NCBI RefSeq assembly: GCF_963921235.1
Contig: NC_086097.1
Coordinates: 84,756,001 to 84,820,000 of the forward strand
Origin: Mobula hypostoma
Lineage: Eukaryota
Length of the DNA: 64,000 bases
Direction of reading: 5' to 3'
The notes under the pieces were generated by a model. The model had not been told where the DNA came from. It searched no databases and saw nothing but the letters and a program-made list of their open reading frames with translations. This document shows positions 52,138-64,000 of this stretch, in pieces; the stretch's first letter is position 1; each line of letters begins with the position of its first letter. A program made the translations under genes and the position numbers.

Positions 52138-52409
52138 AGCTACTGCGGCAACTCTTTTGAAAAAGCATCCCCAGCATCAAGGACTACGATTAAGTTCATC
52201 CACTCTCAATTTGTCCACTTGCTCCATTCCAAGACCCCAAAGCAAGAACTCCACTCCAAACCTTGCCGTAGCAAGTGGTTCCTCGGGGGTTAGAGATAAA
52301 CCCCTTCATGTCTTCTGAATGAAATATAACATCCCGTTAAGCAGGATCCCCCAGCTCAAGACCATTCAGACTGAGGGAGACCATTCATATTGGGAAGCAC
52401 TGAGCACGT

Positions 52410-52770
52410 TCAGTCTTTCTAAGAAGAGGACGTGGACTTCATGAGCAAGGAATATAGTTAGGACTGATGTGCACTGCCTCTTTCCTAGGGTTGGGGAATT
52501 AGGAACTAGATGGTATAGTTTAAGGTGAGAGGAGAGAGATTTAATAAGAACTTGAGGGGCAATGTTTTCACCCAGATGGTGGTCAGTAGATGAAATGAGC
52601 TGCTAAACAAATTGATTGAAGCAGGTACATTAAAGGCACTTGGAGAGGTACGTGGATAGGAATAGGATAGAGTGTTGGAGGCCAAACGTGGGCAAGTGGA
52701 GCTGGTTTAGATGGGAATCTAGGTTGGCGTGGACCAGTTGAATGGGTGGATCTTTTTCTGTCCTCTCTGA
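52410..52770 (+). mobile_element. CR1 3' remnant
   Basis: ttaaggtgagaggagagagatttaataagaacttgaggggcaatgttttcacccag motif. Confidence 0.65.
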
Positions 52771-53239
52771 CGGAGTGGGAGAAGAATGCACTATTACAAG
52801 CAACTCACCAATCTATCTCCTCCCATCTGTGGCAGAGATTGCAGAATCTGAATAGGGCGCTTCTCTCACCACAGAACGTACAGGACAGGAAAGATATGAC
52901 GTTACCACTGACTCTGAAAGAAGACTGAGCATTCTAGATCAATACCTTTGAATTCCATGTTGACCCTGGTCAAAACTGTCATTAATGGACACATGCATAC
53001 ATGTGTCTGTGTACGAACCTTGACAGACACAATGCATCTTAAAAGTCTTTAGGGTATTTGTAAACATGAGAAAATCTACAGATACTGGAAATCTGGAATG
53101 GGATATTATTACTGGCTGAACATTCTTCCGATAGGTAGACTTTTTCAGGTTCCTGCATCTATTAACTGATGTAATGTGTCCTTTATAAGGAGTATAATGT
53201 ATTGCCAATGGTGCTATAATTAAGCATGGAAAGCAAATG

Positions 53240-53760
53240 TTTTGTGAACTTGGACAGGGTTCAGAGAATGTTCACTAGAATGATTCCAGGAGTGAAAGGG
53301 TTACCATATAAGGACTGATTGTTTGCTCTGGGCCTGTATTCCCTCGAATTCAGAAGAATGGTTGGGGTGGGGGGTGGTTGGGATCCCATTGAAAGCTATT
53401 GAACATTGAAAGGCCTTGATAGAGTGGATGTGGAGAGAATGTTTCCTATGGTGGGTGAGTCCAGGATCGGAGGGCAGAAACTCAGAAAACAGAGACATCC
53501 ATTTAGAAAGGAGATGAGGAGGAGCTTCTTAAGCCAGAGAGTCGTAAATCTGTGGAATTCATTGCCACAAGCGGCTGTGGAGGCCAAGACTTTGGGTATA
53601 TTTAAGGCAAAGGTTGATAGATTCATGATTCGTCAGGGCATGAAGGATTATAGTGAGAAGGCAAGAGACTGGGGCTGAGAGGGAAAATGGATCAGTCATA
53701 ACGAAAGGGCAGAACAGACTTGGTGAGCCGAATGGCCCAGTCCTGCTATCATCTTATTGA
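53240..53760 (+). mobile_element. CR1 3' fragment
   Basis: ORF 53406..53678 (KGLDRVDVERMFP..EMRRSFLSQRVVNLWNSLPQ). Confidence 0.85.
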
Positions 53761-54520
53761 AGAACTGTGATTCTTTGCTATTCTTCCTGGTAGCTGGCAT
53801 TTAATGAATATGGTGGAACTGGCAGCTCATAGAGTCATTGGCTTTACCGATGCTCAGGACTGAACCCAGGATTACTGAAGCTGTGAAGCACCAACTTTAA
53901 CAGCCTGATTGCCTCAGAAACAGATTTGGATGTGTTGCCCACTGATTGCATTGGCAGGAGGTCTTGCTGGCAACTTGAAATGATCCATAAGTAGACCTGA
54001 CATTGTTTGCCAGTGAAGTATTTTTGTCTGGAATGGTGGTGTAAAGCTCACTGCCGCCACTGGACTGCTGTTTTACCGGAGGTGTCCTGAAAGCAGTCAG
54101 TGGTAAGAATAGCTTTGATTGACGGCTGCAGAAAGCATTCCTCACCTGGACATGCTGCAGAACAAGCCACACCCCTCATTCCAATGGTCCTGTCAAAAGT
54201 CACAGATTAACTCCACTGTGATTATCTTCAATCGATTTAATTGACAGAGACCCTGGCTGGCCTGATCCCATTTCTGCTGATTCGTAGATATTTGGTACAG
54301 CATCAGCTTGGGCCTGGAATAGAGTGAAGTTCTCATGTTCGCCTCTCTCTTTGCTTCAGGTAATTGAAGCAGGAGAGCCTGTCCATTGAAACTCTGTCTC
54401 CGGCATTCATTTCCTGCTTGTTTGTGCAGCTGTAGTGAGAACATTTTTATCAACTGCCAGACACAGGACTAAAGGCGACTTTTGTAGCCAGAGATGATTG
54501 AACAATGTCAAATTTGGTTA

Positions 54521-55170
54521 CATAGAAACATAGAAAATAGGTGCAGGAGTAGGCCATTCGGCCCTTCGAGCCTGCACCGCCATTTATTATGATCATGGCT
54601 GATCATCCAACTCAGAACCCCACCCCAGCCTTCCCTCCATACACCCTGATCCCCATAGCCACAAGGGCCATATCTAACTCCCTCTTAAATATAGCCAATG
54701 AACTGGCCTCAACTGTTTCCTGTGGCAGAGAATTCCACAGATTCACTACTCTCTGTGTGAAGAAGTTTTTCCTAATCTCGGTCCTAAAAGGCTTCCCCTC
54801 TATCCTCAAACTGTGACCCCTCGTTCTGGACTTCCCCAACATCGGGAACAATCTTCCTGCATCTAGCCTGTCCAATCCCTTTAGGATCTTATACATTTCA
54901 ATCAGATTCCCCCTCAATCTTCTAAATTCCAACGAGTACAAGCCCAGTTCATCCAGTCTTTCTTCATATGAAAGTCCTGCCATCCCAGGAATCAATCTGG
55001 TGAACCTTCTTTGTACTCCCTCTATGGCAAAGATGTCTTTCCTCAGATTAGGGGACCAAAACTGCACACAATACTCCAGGTGTGGTCTCACCAAGGCCTT
55101 GTACAACTGCAGTAGTACCTCCCTGCTCCTGTACTCGAATCCTCTCGCTATAAATGCCAGCATACCATTC
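54521..55170 (-). mobile_element. Young CR1 3' end, same family as 1172-2095
   Basis: Intact ORF 54612..55178; (catagaaa)n tail. Confidence 0.92.
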
Positions 55171-55993
55171 AACGCCAAAAGTAATTGTTATGCATTATTT
55201 CAGATTTCTACTATAATTAGAATTGTTATACTATATAATAATTTCTACTATATTTCTACTATAATCTCTGTTTGAAAAACTGAGTTGAGGTTTCACTTTT
55301 GTAAATGTCCCTGTACCTCTTTGTTTTTGGTCTCAAATGAAAATGAGGCTAATTGGGTAGTCATTTTTTTCTGGGTATTGGATTTCAACTGAAGTAAGTT
55401 TGGCTTCTTTTAGTACATTACAGAATAGTCATTAATACAATATAAAGTCCTCTGCTTCATCAAATATTGAGGATTACAGTTGTAGTTTATCCCAGCTGTT
55501 GTATCCAGATGCACGTTGTCAGGTGCCACAGTGTCTAACTCAGCTCTTTTCCGAATGCTGAGTTTTGGAGAAATAGTTCCCTGGAGTTCTGAAGGATTGG
55601 GGAAAATAACAATGCTAAAAAATGACATTGTGTCAGCAGTGACTGTACTTTATGCAGTATGCAATGCTACCTCAATGAAAATTAACTCACAAACCAAAAT
55701 CGGGGGCTCATTCTGTGCTTCTTGAGTATGTTTTTCATTCTGAGTTACTTTGTGAATCTGCCAGGTAATGTACCCTGGTCCCTGGAGGTGTGAGGTCCTG
55801 TCTAACAGTGGTCCTCCTGGGTCATTCACAATGGAGTAGGCCACAGGCTGATGTTGAGGTAGCAAGTTTTCACATTGCCACGTAAAGGGAAGTTACTTTG
55901 TGACTAAAGGGGTTCTTAGGATGGTGGTGAATATTGGTAGCTCAGGATGGGGCATTTGATGTTGTGGTGTTCGTCGAGCTTGGCATTTAGCTT

Positions 55994-56033
55994 GCAGACA
56001 TTTCATCACCAGTCGAGGTGACGTCCCCAGTGC
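55994..56033 (-). ncRNA. Degenerate hammerhead motif of a second Penelope-like family
   Basis: gca-CTGGGGA-c-gtcacc tcgact ggtgat-GAAAT-GTC-tgc; stems present, core mutated. Confidence 0.45.
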
Positions 56034-56682
56034 ACAGTGTGGTCATCACTGTAAGTGTGAAATAGAGCAATGAACTCACTCACGGGCAAAGTTCCACAGT
56101 GGTAAATGACTGGACAATGTGCTTTAATGGGATTGTGGGGTAAATGTTAGTTTGTGCACAGGAGAAATCTCTTACCTTGGGCAGAGGCATAGAAATTTTT
56201 TATTTTATATGTCTACGACTGAGAGTGGGAAGGGGACAGGGAGAGGGGAATTATGGTTGGGAAAAGGGGAAAGGGGAGGGAGGGGAGGGGAGGGAGCAGG
56301 AAACATCAGAGAGACATTCTGTAATGGTCAATTCTTTAGAATCAAAGGCCTTGCCTAGTGTCTCAGCGCTGGGTATATTTGCACCCCCCCCCCCCACCCT
56401 TGACACTCTTTCTTTGTTGTCTGTCCCACATTTCTGCTGTGGTGTTCCCCCTTTGCCATTCCCAACATCCTTTGCTCCCACCAGATTTACAAACTTGCTC
56501 CCTGCTTCACGTTGACCTCTTGTGGAGACCATTGCCTGGTCCTTAATTACACTGTAGGTGGGAAGGGTTCCTGACCTGAAACTTTGACAGATCTTTTCCC
56601 CTCACAAAAGCAACTTGAGCTGCTGAGTTCATCCAGCAGACTGTTTGTTGCTCCAAATTCCAGTGTGTGCGTATATACATAT

Positions 56683-56687
56683 ACACA

Positions 56688-56738
<51 letters not shown>
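56683..56738. repeat. (CA)n microsatellite
   Basis: AC run with one interruption. Confidence 0.95.
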
Positions 56739-56741
<3 letters not shown>

Positions 56742-59243
56742 AAATCAGTGCTAATCCTAACCAACAATGCAACAATGTGTCTTCAGGAAATTCCTGATAT
56801 TGGTTGTGTTTTAACCTTTCACCGGTTTGAATCTTTAACTCATCGTCTCACTTAAAGTGCTGTTCAGATTTATCTGTTCTATATCTTCTTGCTGTAGTAA
56901 AAGCTTCATGAAGACTTCTCTCACTTTCTGTCCCCTCATTCTGAGGAGGTTTGATGACCAAAGGAGCGGGGAGACTGATGGAGGCAGTTAGCTGAAGAGG
57001 AGAGGAGATCTGGGTGCTGGGGAAGGGAAGAAGTTAGCCAATTGGATGTGATTACGTGTCTGCATTCAAGATGAATGAGTATAGACACATAACCATACCT
57101 TACTCTGCACTGTTAAATGTGTGTGTGTATATGTATGTATGTATGTGCGTGTTTGTACGTGTGTGTATATGCATGTATATGTGTGTACATGTGTATGTAC
57201 TACAGAACTTGGCTTCAAGTTGTTTTGCACTCATAAATTTATATAATTTGGACAGATTTGCTGGTTATTATAAATTTATACACTCTGGACAGTTATGAAG
57301 GTTATTACAAATTCATACTCTCTGGACAGTTTTGCCAGTATCCTGTGGTTGATGCCCCCCAACCTATCGTGCCTATTGACTACTTCCTTAAGGATGACAC
57401 GTAGATTATTTCAGCAGGCTTAACATAAATCCCACAGAAACATCTAGACAGCTGGTTAATCCTTGGCCCTATTCTGACATTCAAGAACTAGTGAAAATAC
57501 ATCAAAAAGATAAATAATATAAAAGTTAAAATGGAGAGTTATAAATATTGTAATATGAATAAATATGTTTGTTGGAAAAAAACCCTAAATTACCTGTAAT
57601 TTACTACTTTTACTTTTTTTACTCCTCTGCATTGAAGGGGATGGAATTGCATCCGGTCACGGCTGACAGTATTTTGATGAGCTGATTTCCTGGTTTAACT
57701 ACTGGGAATTCATGGAACTGATTTACAAAAAATCGATTATAACAACCTCAGGTGAAAATGATTTTGGATTTTATTTTTTATTTCAGGGTGATATTACCTA
57801 GTTTGAAGGAGACCTTAAACATTCATTCTGTGTCTCCCTCCTCATCTGGTCTCTGAACTGAGTATCTAAACATTTACTTTGGTAACGTGCTTTTCTCAAA
57901 CTAAAATGTTTGCAGCATCTGTGGAAAAGGAACTGTTCCGAGTCTGCTGTCCTTCAGTAGCAGAGAAGGTGGGGGACTGATGAGCTGAACAAAGGAAATA
58001 TCCCTGAAAGGGTGAATGTGAACTGCTATTGACATTTATTTCACAGATTGTTTACAGCAATTTTTATTTGTTTCACATTTCCAACTTTTGCAAACTTTGA
58101 ATTCACCAATATAGATTTACAAGTTCTATTGTGCTCAATAAGATGATAATCAAGGCATCTTTTATGCTTCAGGCTAGCCATTGCTGGTTATAACTCGTTA
58201 TTATTAGCCATTCTGGAGTAGATGGATTTAGCTACAGGAATAGTCTGGGGCTGCTTTCATAGGTGGCTGAGAGTTGACCTTACAGAAGTTTATAAAATAA
58301 TGAGGGACATAGATTTTTCCAAGATTGGGTGAGTCTAAGACTTCAAGACATAGGCCTAGAATCAGAGGAAAGATTTAAAGACGACCTGTTTTCCACACAC
58401 AGGGTGGTTGGTATAGGCGACAAATAGCTAGAGGCGGGTACAATACACAGTTTGAAAGGTATTTGGACAAGTGCATGGATAAAACAACATTGATTAACAC
58501 AGATGGGCCCCTTGGTTGTCATGATAATTTCCATGATGTATAGTATGCCTGTAAAACCTGTCTCCACCTTTAAGCAGGGAGGAGATAGGGAAATTATTTT
58601 CTCATAATGGAACTACTGTCCAGGCTCCTGAGCCTGTGAATATGGTTGCAGCAATGCCTGACTATAACGAGGGTGTCCTAACAGAAGCACAGGAACCTTT
58701 CACACTGTTTCTCTCCAAACTGTGGGTAGGAAAATTACTCCCTGAACCCCTAAGATTGCTCAGTTCTTCCTCTTTCTTCGGTTGCTTGCCCAGCTCTGCA
58801 TACATCCTGTTCCTTCTCCATTCTTGCCACATTTAGAAGAGAATACTAATAAGGAGGCACCTTTCAGATTAAGACCCAATCAGGCGAAAAATTCCAGTGG
58901 CACAACACTGGGCTCTGTGGTGTGTGTTATTTGGGCACAGTGGGTACTGATTCACTTCTAGGTTGGAGCACATGGGCACACATCTTACAGCCATGAATTA
59001 TTGGATGCCTTTGGTGACTTGCTTTATTAATTTCACATCAATAGTAAATTAATTTCCATTACCATCTGCCCTACCCCAGGCTGTAGTACTTTCAAAAATA
59101 TAGTTTTAAGTAATAAATAAATAATTCAATCACCTTCTGTGATTGCCATTTCCATTTGTAGCCCACGATTACATACAGCACCAAGATACCGGGAAAGGCT
59201 TTTGTTTGTGTCTCATTGAGACAGATCATTCCACACGTAAGTA

Positions 59244-60084
59244 CAGTGGATTTTGGTTCGTAGGTTAATTTGGGCCATTGGTTAATCAGGGCTGTCACTC
59301 TTTTGGAACAACTCTTAAAGAACAAAAACTAATTGAGAAAATAGTTGCGATTCCCTTCATTTATTTGGGACACTGCCGCTTAATTGGGACAGGAGACTGT
59401 TGCCGAACAATTCCTATCTAGCATCAGTCGTGAGCACTTGTGTGACTGTTAGACACTGTATTTTGCTTAGATAGTTTTTAAATAGTGTCAGTTGCATGTA
59501 TTTGTGTTCAAAGTGCAGTGATTTTTGTCACTGATAGTTGACGAGAAGTAAGCAGTAGGGCAAACCAGAACGGTTTTGTTCACTGCAGTTTCAGTCATTC
59601 AGGCTTGGAGATGCCAGCAATGACCAAGAGTGAAAATACAATGATTTCACTACTTCAGCATGTTAGGAACTACGAAGAATTAGTATGAACAATTATTTTG
59701 AACGTTGCAATGAAAATGAAGATTTGGAGGATGCAATCATCGTATGTATTGTATGAAGACAGTCTATTATCTCAACTAGGTGTCTGTACTAATTTTGTTC
59801 ATTTACAGTCAATCAAATGAACACGGCAGTGTACACTGGGTATATTCCTCTGTCAATAACTATTAGGAACTAATATACAGTTTTATAGTACAGTAATGGT
59901 ATTGGTGGTGTTCTAATTTGTTCTGTATTTTATTTAAATACATAATACGTTATTCCATTAAACAATAGCTTGTTTTTTAATACCTTTTTTAGCTATTTCC
60001 ATGAAATTTAGGCTAATTGGGACAGCAGCTTAATTGGGCCAAAATACACTGTCTTAATGTGTCCCATTTAACTGAATTCTACTG
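59244..60084 (+). mobile_element. Tigger/pogo-like non-autonomous DNA transposon, copy 3
   Basis: TA-cagtggatt ... cccatttaactgaattctactg-TA; colinear with the 23794 copy. Confidence 0.8.
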
Positions 60085-60159
60085 TATGTTGAGGTAGTAT
60101 AAATAGGGGATAAAAACAAGGCAGAACATAGTGTTACACTCATAGTGTTAAATTCAAAA

Positions 60160-60460
60160 AGACGGCATCCATCATTAAGGACCCCCCCCCCCATCACCTG
60201 GGGCATGCCCTCTTCTCATTACCACCATCAGAGAGCAGGTACAGGAGCCTAAAGATTAAGGAGCATCTTCTTCCCCTCTGCCATCAAATTTCTGACCATA
60301 ACCTCACTATTTTTGCTCTCTTTTTGTACTACTTATCTAATTATTTAATATACTGTTTATATCTCATTATAATGTATAGTATATTTTAAGTATTGCAGTG
60401 TACTGCTGTTGCAGAACTGCAGATTTCATAACGTGTCAGTGATAATGAACCAGATTCTTG
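60160..60460 (+). mobile_element. Rex1/Babar 3' UTR remnant
   Basis: Homologous (inverted) to 19690-20020: catccatcattaaggacccc..gggcatgccctcttctcattaccaccatcag. Confidence 0.7.
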
Positions 60461-60611
60461 TGCAGTTTAGGTAGACCAGTAAGGTGAAAAGGCCACAACA
60501 AGGTAGGATAAGAGAAAGAAATCAAGTGCTTATCTTTATCATGAGCCCAATGGCCCAATTCTGCTCCTGTTGTCTTATAGTCTTATAGTACAGGAAGCTC
60601 GTTCAGACTCA

Positions 60612-60743
60612 TCTGACCTACTGAAGGGTCTTGGCCCAAAACAGCGACTCTTTTTCCATAGGTGCTACCTGGCCTGCTGAGTTCCTCCAGCATTTTGTGT
60701 GTGTTGCTTGGATTTCCAGCATCTGCATATTTTCTCTTGTTTG
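60612..60743 (+). mobile_element. Penelope pseudo-LTR fragment with a decayed hammerhead
   Basis: ctactgaagggtcttggcccaaaacag ... gctgagttcctccagcattttgtgtgtgttg ... catctgcatattttctcttgttt. Confidence 0.7.
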
Positions 60744-61567
60744 AGTCCGGCTTGTTTCAAGCTTTTGTATCTTCTACCTGACGGAAGCTGGGGTAGGGGT
60801 GAAAAGAGAATGGCCTGGGTGGGATGGATCTTTGATTATATTGGCTTTCCCAAGGCAGTGGGAAATATAGATGAATATTGGGGGGGGGGGTTGGTGGGGT
60901 GGTGGCTGCTTTTTGTGACCAACCGGGCTACATTCACAACCCTCTGCGATTTCCTGCAGTCTTTGGCAGAGCAGTTGCCATGTTAAGCTGTAATATACCT
61001 GGACAGGATGCTAATCTTTTTTCACAAGTCTCAAATTGGAATCAAGTACAGCCTTTGGAAATAAACAGAACCTAATATGCCCAAAAACATAGGTGGTACA
61101 AATTCAAAGCTACCTCTTAGATGCTTCCTGCTTGAGTTCTGCAGTAGCCCTAATTTTCCAGTGGAGTGGCCTAGGCTCGAAGCCTGTGAGCTCAACTGAA
61201 ATGAGATATAGGCTTCATTCCTTTGGGGAAAAAAAAACAGCAGCAGTGTAGTTGAAGGCTTGAGGATTACAAATCTCTTCTAAACTTAACCAGGTGTTCG
61301 GTATGTTGGATATTATAAATACTTAATTCTGAATTTCAGATATTTAATTTGGCATTTAGTGGCAGAACCTCAGGGACTTTCAGAGCCAGACTGTCACAAG
61401 CCACAGGCAGGTAGACAACTCTTATGCTCCATTCATGTGATGGAAGCAGTATCATATTTATGTGAATGCCAGTGACATTGAGATGCATTTGATGACTGTT
61501 TGAAGTGAATGTCACGTTGCTGCCGAGCGGTGTTGCTGGTCCTAAATTAGAATCAGCACCAGAGTGA

Positions 61568-61569
<2 letters not shown>

Positions 61570-61629
<60 letters not shown>

Positions 61630-61630
61630 G
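61570..61630. repeat. (TG)n/(CG)n microsatellite
   Basis: TG run followed by (CG)4. Confidence 0.95.
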
Positions 61631-61771
61631 CACGCACATGCGCGAGCTCAAGAGACTGGGCGCTAGAATCTGAATCATCAATCTGGTGGAGGAACTCTGT
61701 GGATCAAGCAGCATCTGAGGTGAAGAATTGTGGATGTTTTGGATCAAAGCCTTGAATCAGACACTTTTATT

Positions 61772-62220
61772 TTATTTACTTACTGCCTGTTATGCTGCTG
61801 GTATTTAGAGCAGCAATGAAGGTCCTCCATCTCCGTCTGTCCTTGACATTTTCTCTACTTTACCCCAGAGTCCTCATTTCTGTCTCTACAGTATGTCTCC
61901 AAATTGTCTTTGGTCTCCTGCGTTTCCTTCTCCCTCAGGGGTCCAATGAGGTGCTGTCTTGATGATGGAGTTGGCCTCTGTTCTCATCACATGCCCAATC
62001 CACCAATCCATCCCCATTGTTTCCTCATGGTGATTGCAGCCATGTCCTCTTGATGACACTGGAGGAGTAGGGCACTTTTGGAGATCATTCTAATGGAGGC
62101 TCGTGGTGTGGAATGACAACAGCTTGGCAAGGTGGCTCTCTGTCATGCGGCAGCAGTCTGACCTGTACAAGAGTGTGGACGGAACACAGCTCTGGCCCAG
62201 CTTCCCGTTGGTGCGGGTGC
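61772..62220 (-). mobile_element. RTE (Expander-type) LINE 3' fragment
   Basis: Minus frame WIGHVMRTEANSIIKTAPHWTPE..RRPKTIWRHTVETE; taag/taaa-type tail. Confidence 0.75.
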
Positions 62221-62935
62221 ATCAGGACACACTGCATCATAAAGAGCGGATGTGAGAGTCACAAGGTTCCCTGAGGTGGCTTTCTGTCGCTCCCTAATAT
62301 GTGTGTGTCTGTCTTGGTATTTATCAAGTGCAATAACGATGTCTTCTCACGTTGCTGTTTATTGATTGGTACAGGGAGCTGTCCTGTATACGTCATATGA
62401 AGTAATTACTCTTGTCTTTTAAATTAAGTTAGGAATTGTAATAAGGGTAGGGAAGAACAAATGAGTTCACATATAACTTGTCACATCCAAGTCATTGGGC
62501 TCCCCTGATAGGGTGAAGTGACTAATCTCACAGTCCTCATGAATAACTGAACATGAAATTTATTGTCCTTGACCTATTTGAGGACAGTTTGCATTCAGCT
62601 TCAACAGGAGCTTGTCTAGACTGTAGCTGGGGTCCCGTCATTTCACAGACGTTTGTGTGGCCACGTCCCCGGCTCCTTGCGTGCTTGTGCTTCTCTATCC
62701 TGTAGAGAATCCAGTCTTTTTCATTCTGCTTCTGCTGCACCTATGGTTATGATGACAATGTTGGAGCCTTGGAGAGCTGAGGTATCCCCGTGGTAGATCG
62801 GCGGATCCTGCAGGCACTCAAAGCATCAGAGGGAACTTACCTGTCAGCAGCTCGGCAGTGGGTCCTCAGTTAGAGTTGAGCAATAGTCTTGTGTTCCAAT
62901 GAAGGACCCTCGCCTGAGACATCAACTTGCCTGAC

Positions 62936-63453
62936 TGTTACGGGGAAACAGACTCCCAGATTGAGTAGACATTGACAGCAAGTAAGCACGTTTACACAAA
63001 CTTTGTATTTACAAACAAATAAACACTCAACCAAAGATCTAATTCAAACAAGTACTTACTCAAGCCCCCAAGTTACAAAACAGCAAAGCTAAACATTCAG
63101 TAACGCTTCTACTGTAAGTCAAACTTATTTTGTTAAGTCCCCCATTACACAACTGCAGCATTAAACATTCAGCCAACAGGTACTTCTCCAAGTAAGGGGG
63201 CCTTCCTTTCTGCAACACTTTCCCAATGGTCCTTCGGTATTGGTCGTGACCCACTCTGCAGGTGAGCCCCTAGTCCGAGGCTTTCACACGCACCATTCTT
63301 ATACCCCTGGGGTGCCCAGAATCAGAAGACGGTGCTGTGGCTTGAAAACCAGCCAATGGGGAAGTGCTGCAGCATCCTTCGCACGGGCCAATCAGTAACT
63401 GGCAGGGTGGAAGTAGCTTTCAACCGGCAGGTAAGTTAACCCTTCACGTTACA
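62936..63453 (-). mobile_element. 3' LTR of an endogenous retrovirus
   Basis: Minus strand: PPT-like gaggggtgact, then TGTAAC...GTAACA (~518 bp); ATTGG boxes and TATAA at ~63300. Confidence 0.7.
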
Positions 63454-64000
63454 AGTCACCCCTCGAAAATTGAGACACCGTGACATTCGGACACCAGGCA
63501 GGGATAACCCTTGCGAATGCCCCACTAAACTACATATAAAACGCAAAACCTGAATACTAGTACTATCAGCCCAATGGTCACTACCCAGTCCATCAACCTC
63601 CTAATGCCCCCAAAAGCTGCCACCTTCCTTCCGGAGTGTAATAGCCATAGAACTGGTCCCCCACTTGATCTTATTCTTTAACTATTGGGTTAATCAGCCA
63701 GGTGGTGGTGGTCCCTGACACATCAGGTATGTAGGTGCAAGATCCTTGACAAATGACACCTTTCTCTGCAAGCAGGTAGCCTAAGGCTATTTGACTCTGT
63801 AAGGCAACCATTCAAATAGCCGATACTCGGATCAGCGCATACTCTGTGTGCTTGAGAGCTAGTTAGGCAGCGTCTCCAGCACAGGGGTCATACATATCAG
63901 TTCCTGGGTCTGTCTGGCTGCACCATACTGGAAGAGCTATTATCCAAAGCCTTTCTGCCTCTGTGATAGCCCTCTTCCTACACTGACCATCAGGGGCAGG
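63454..64000 (-). pseudogene. Gamma-type retroviral env TM remnant
   Basis: Minus frame ~63710-63810: MVALQSQIALGYLLAEKGVICQGSCTYIPDVS, a decayed immunosuppressive domain and Cys motif. Confidence 0.75.

Noticed and set aside
34875..64000. Downstream SLC8A3 exons (alternative CBD2 exons)
   Set aside because: No NCX-like coding segment recognised; the intron appears to extend past the window
1..64000. CRISPR arrays, tRNA/rRNA genes, prokaryotic systems
   Set aside because: Eukaryotic DNA; tRNA-like segments are SINE heads and the repeats are dispersed TEs or microsatellites

Overview
Vertebrate genomic DNA. The repeat families (CR1, Rex1/Babar, Penelope, V-SINE, RTE) suggest a cartilaginous fish, probably a ray; this is an inference. 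The only host gene is SLC8A3/NCX3 on the + strand: a GC-rich promoter with a perfect CRE (~29.75-30.1 kb), a likely non-coding exon 1 ending at 30449, the giant first coding exon (33034-34870, CDS from 33108), and a long intron running to the window end. The rest is mostly nested transposable elements. Highlights: (1) two HDV-like ribozyme folds whose G1 is exactly the first base of a TSD-flanked RTE LINE (8359) and of an RTE-related non-autonomous element (24411), the second with an unusual hairpin inserted in L3; (2) a decayed foamy-virus-like endogenous retrovirus (integrase C-terminus, env and a possible accessory region), antisense in the SLC8A3 intron (~43.3-48.4 kb); (3) many Penelope-derived minimal hammerhead motifs, one with an intact core (41868-41905); (4) a gamma-type env remnant with an LTR at the window end; (5) a predicted back-spliced NCX3 exon circle. 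Protein comparisons are by eye, from memory of the families; no database search was run.
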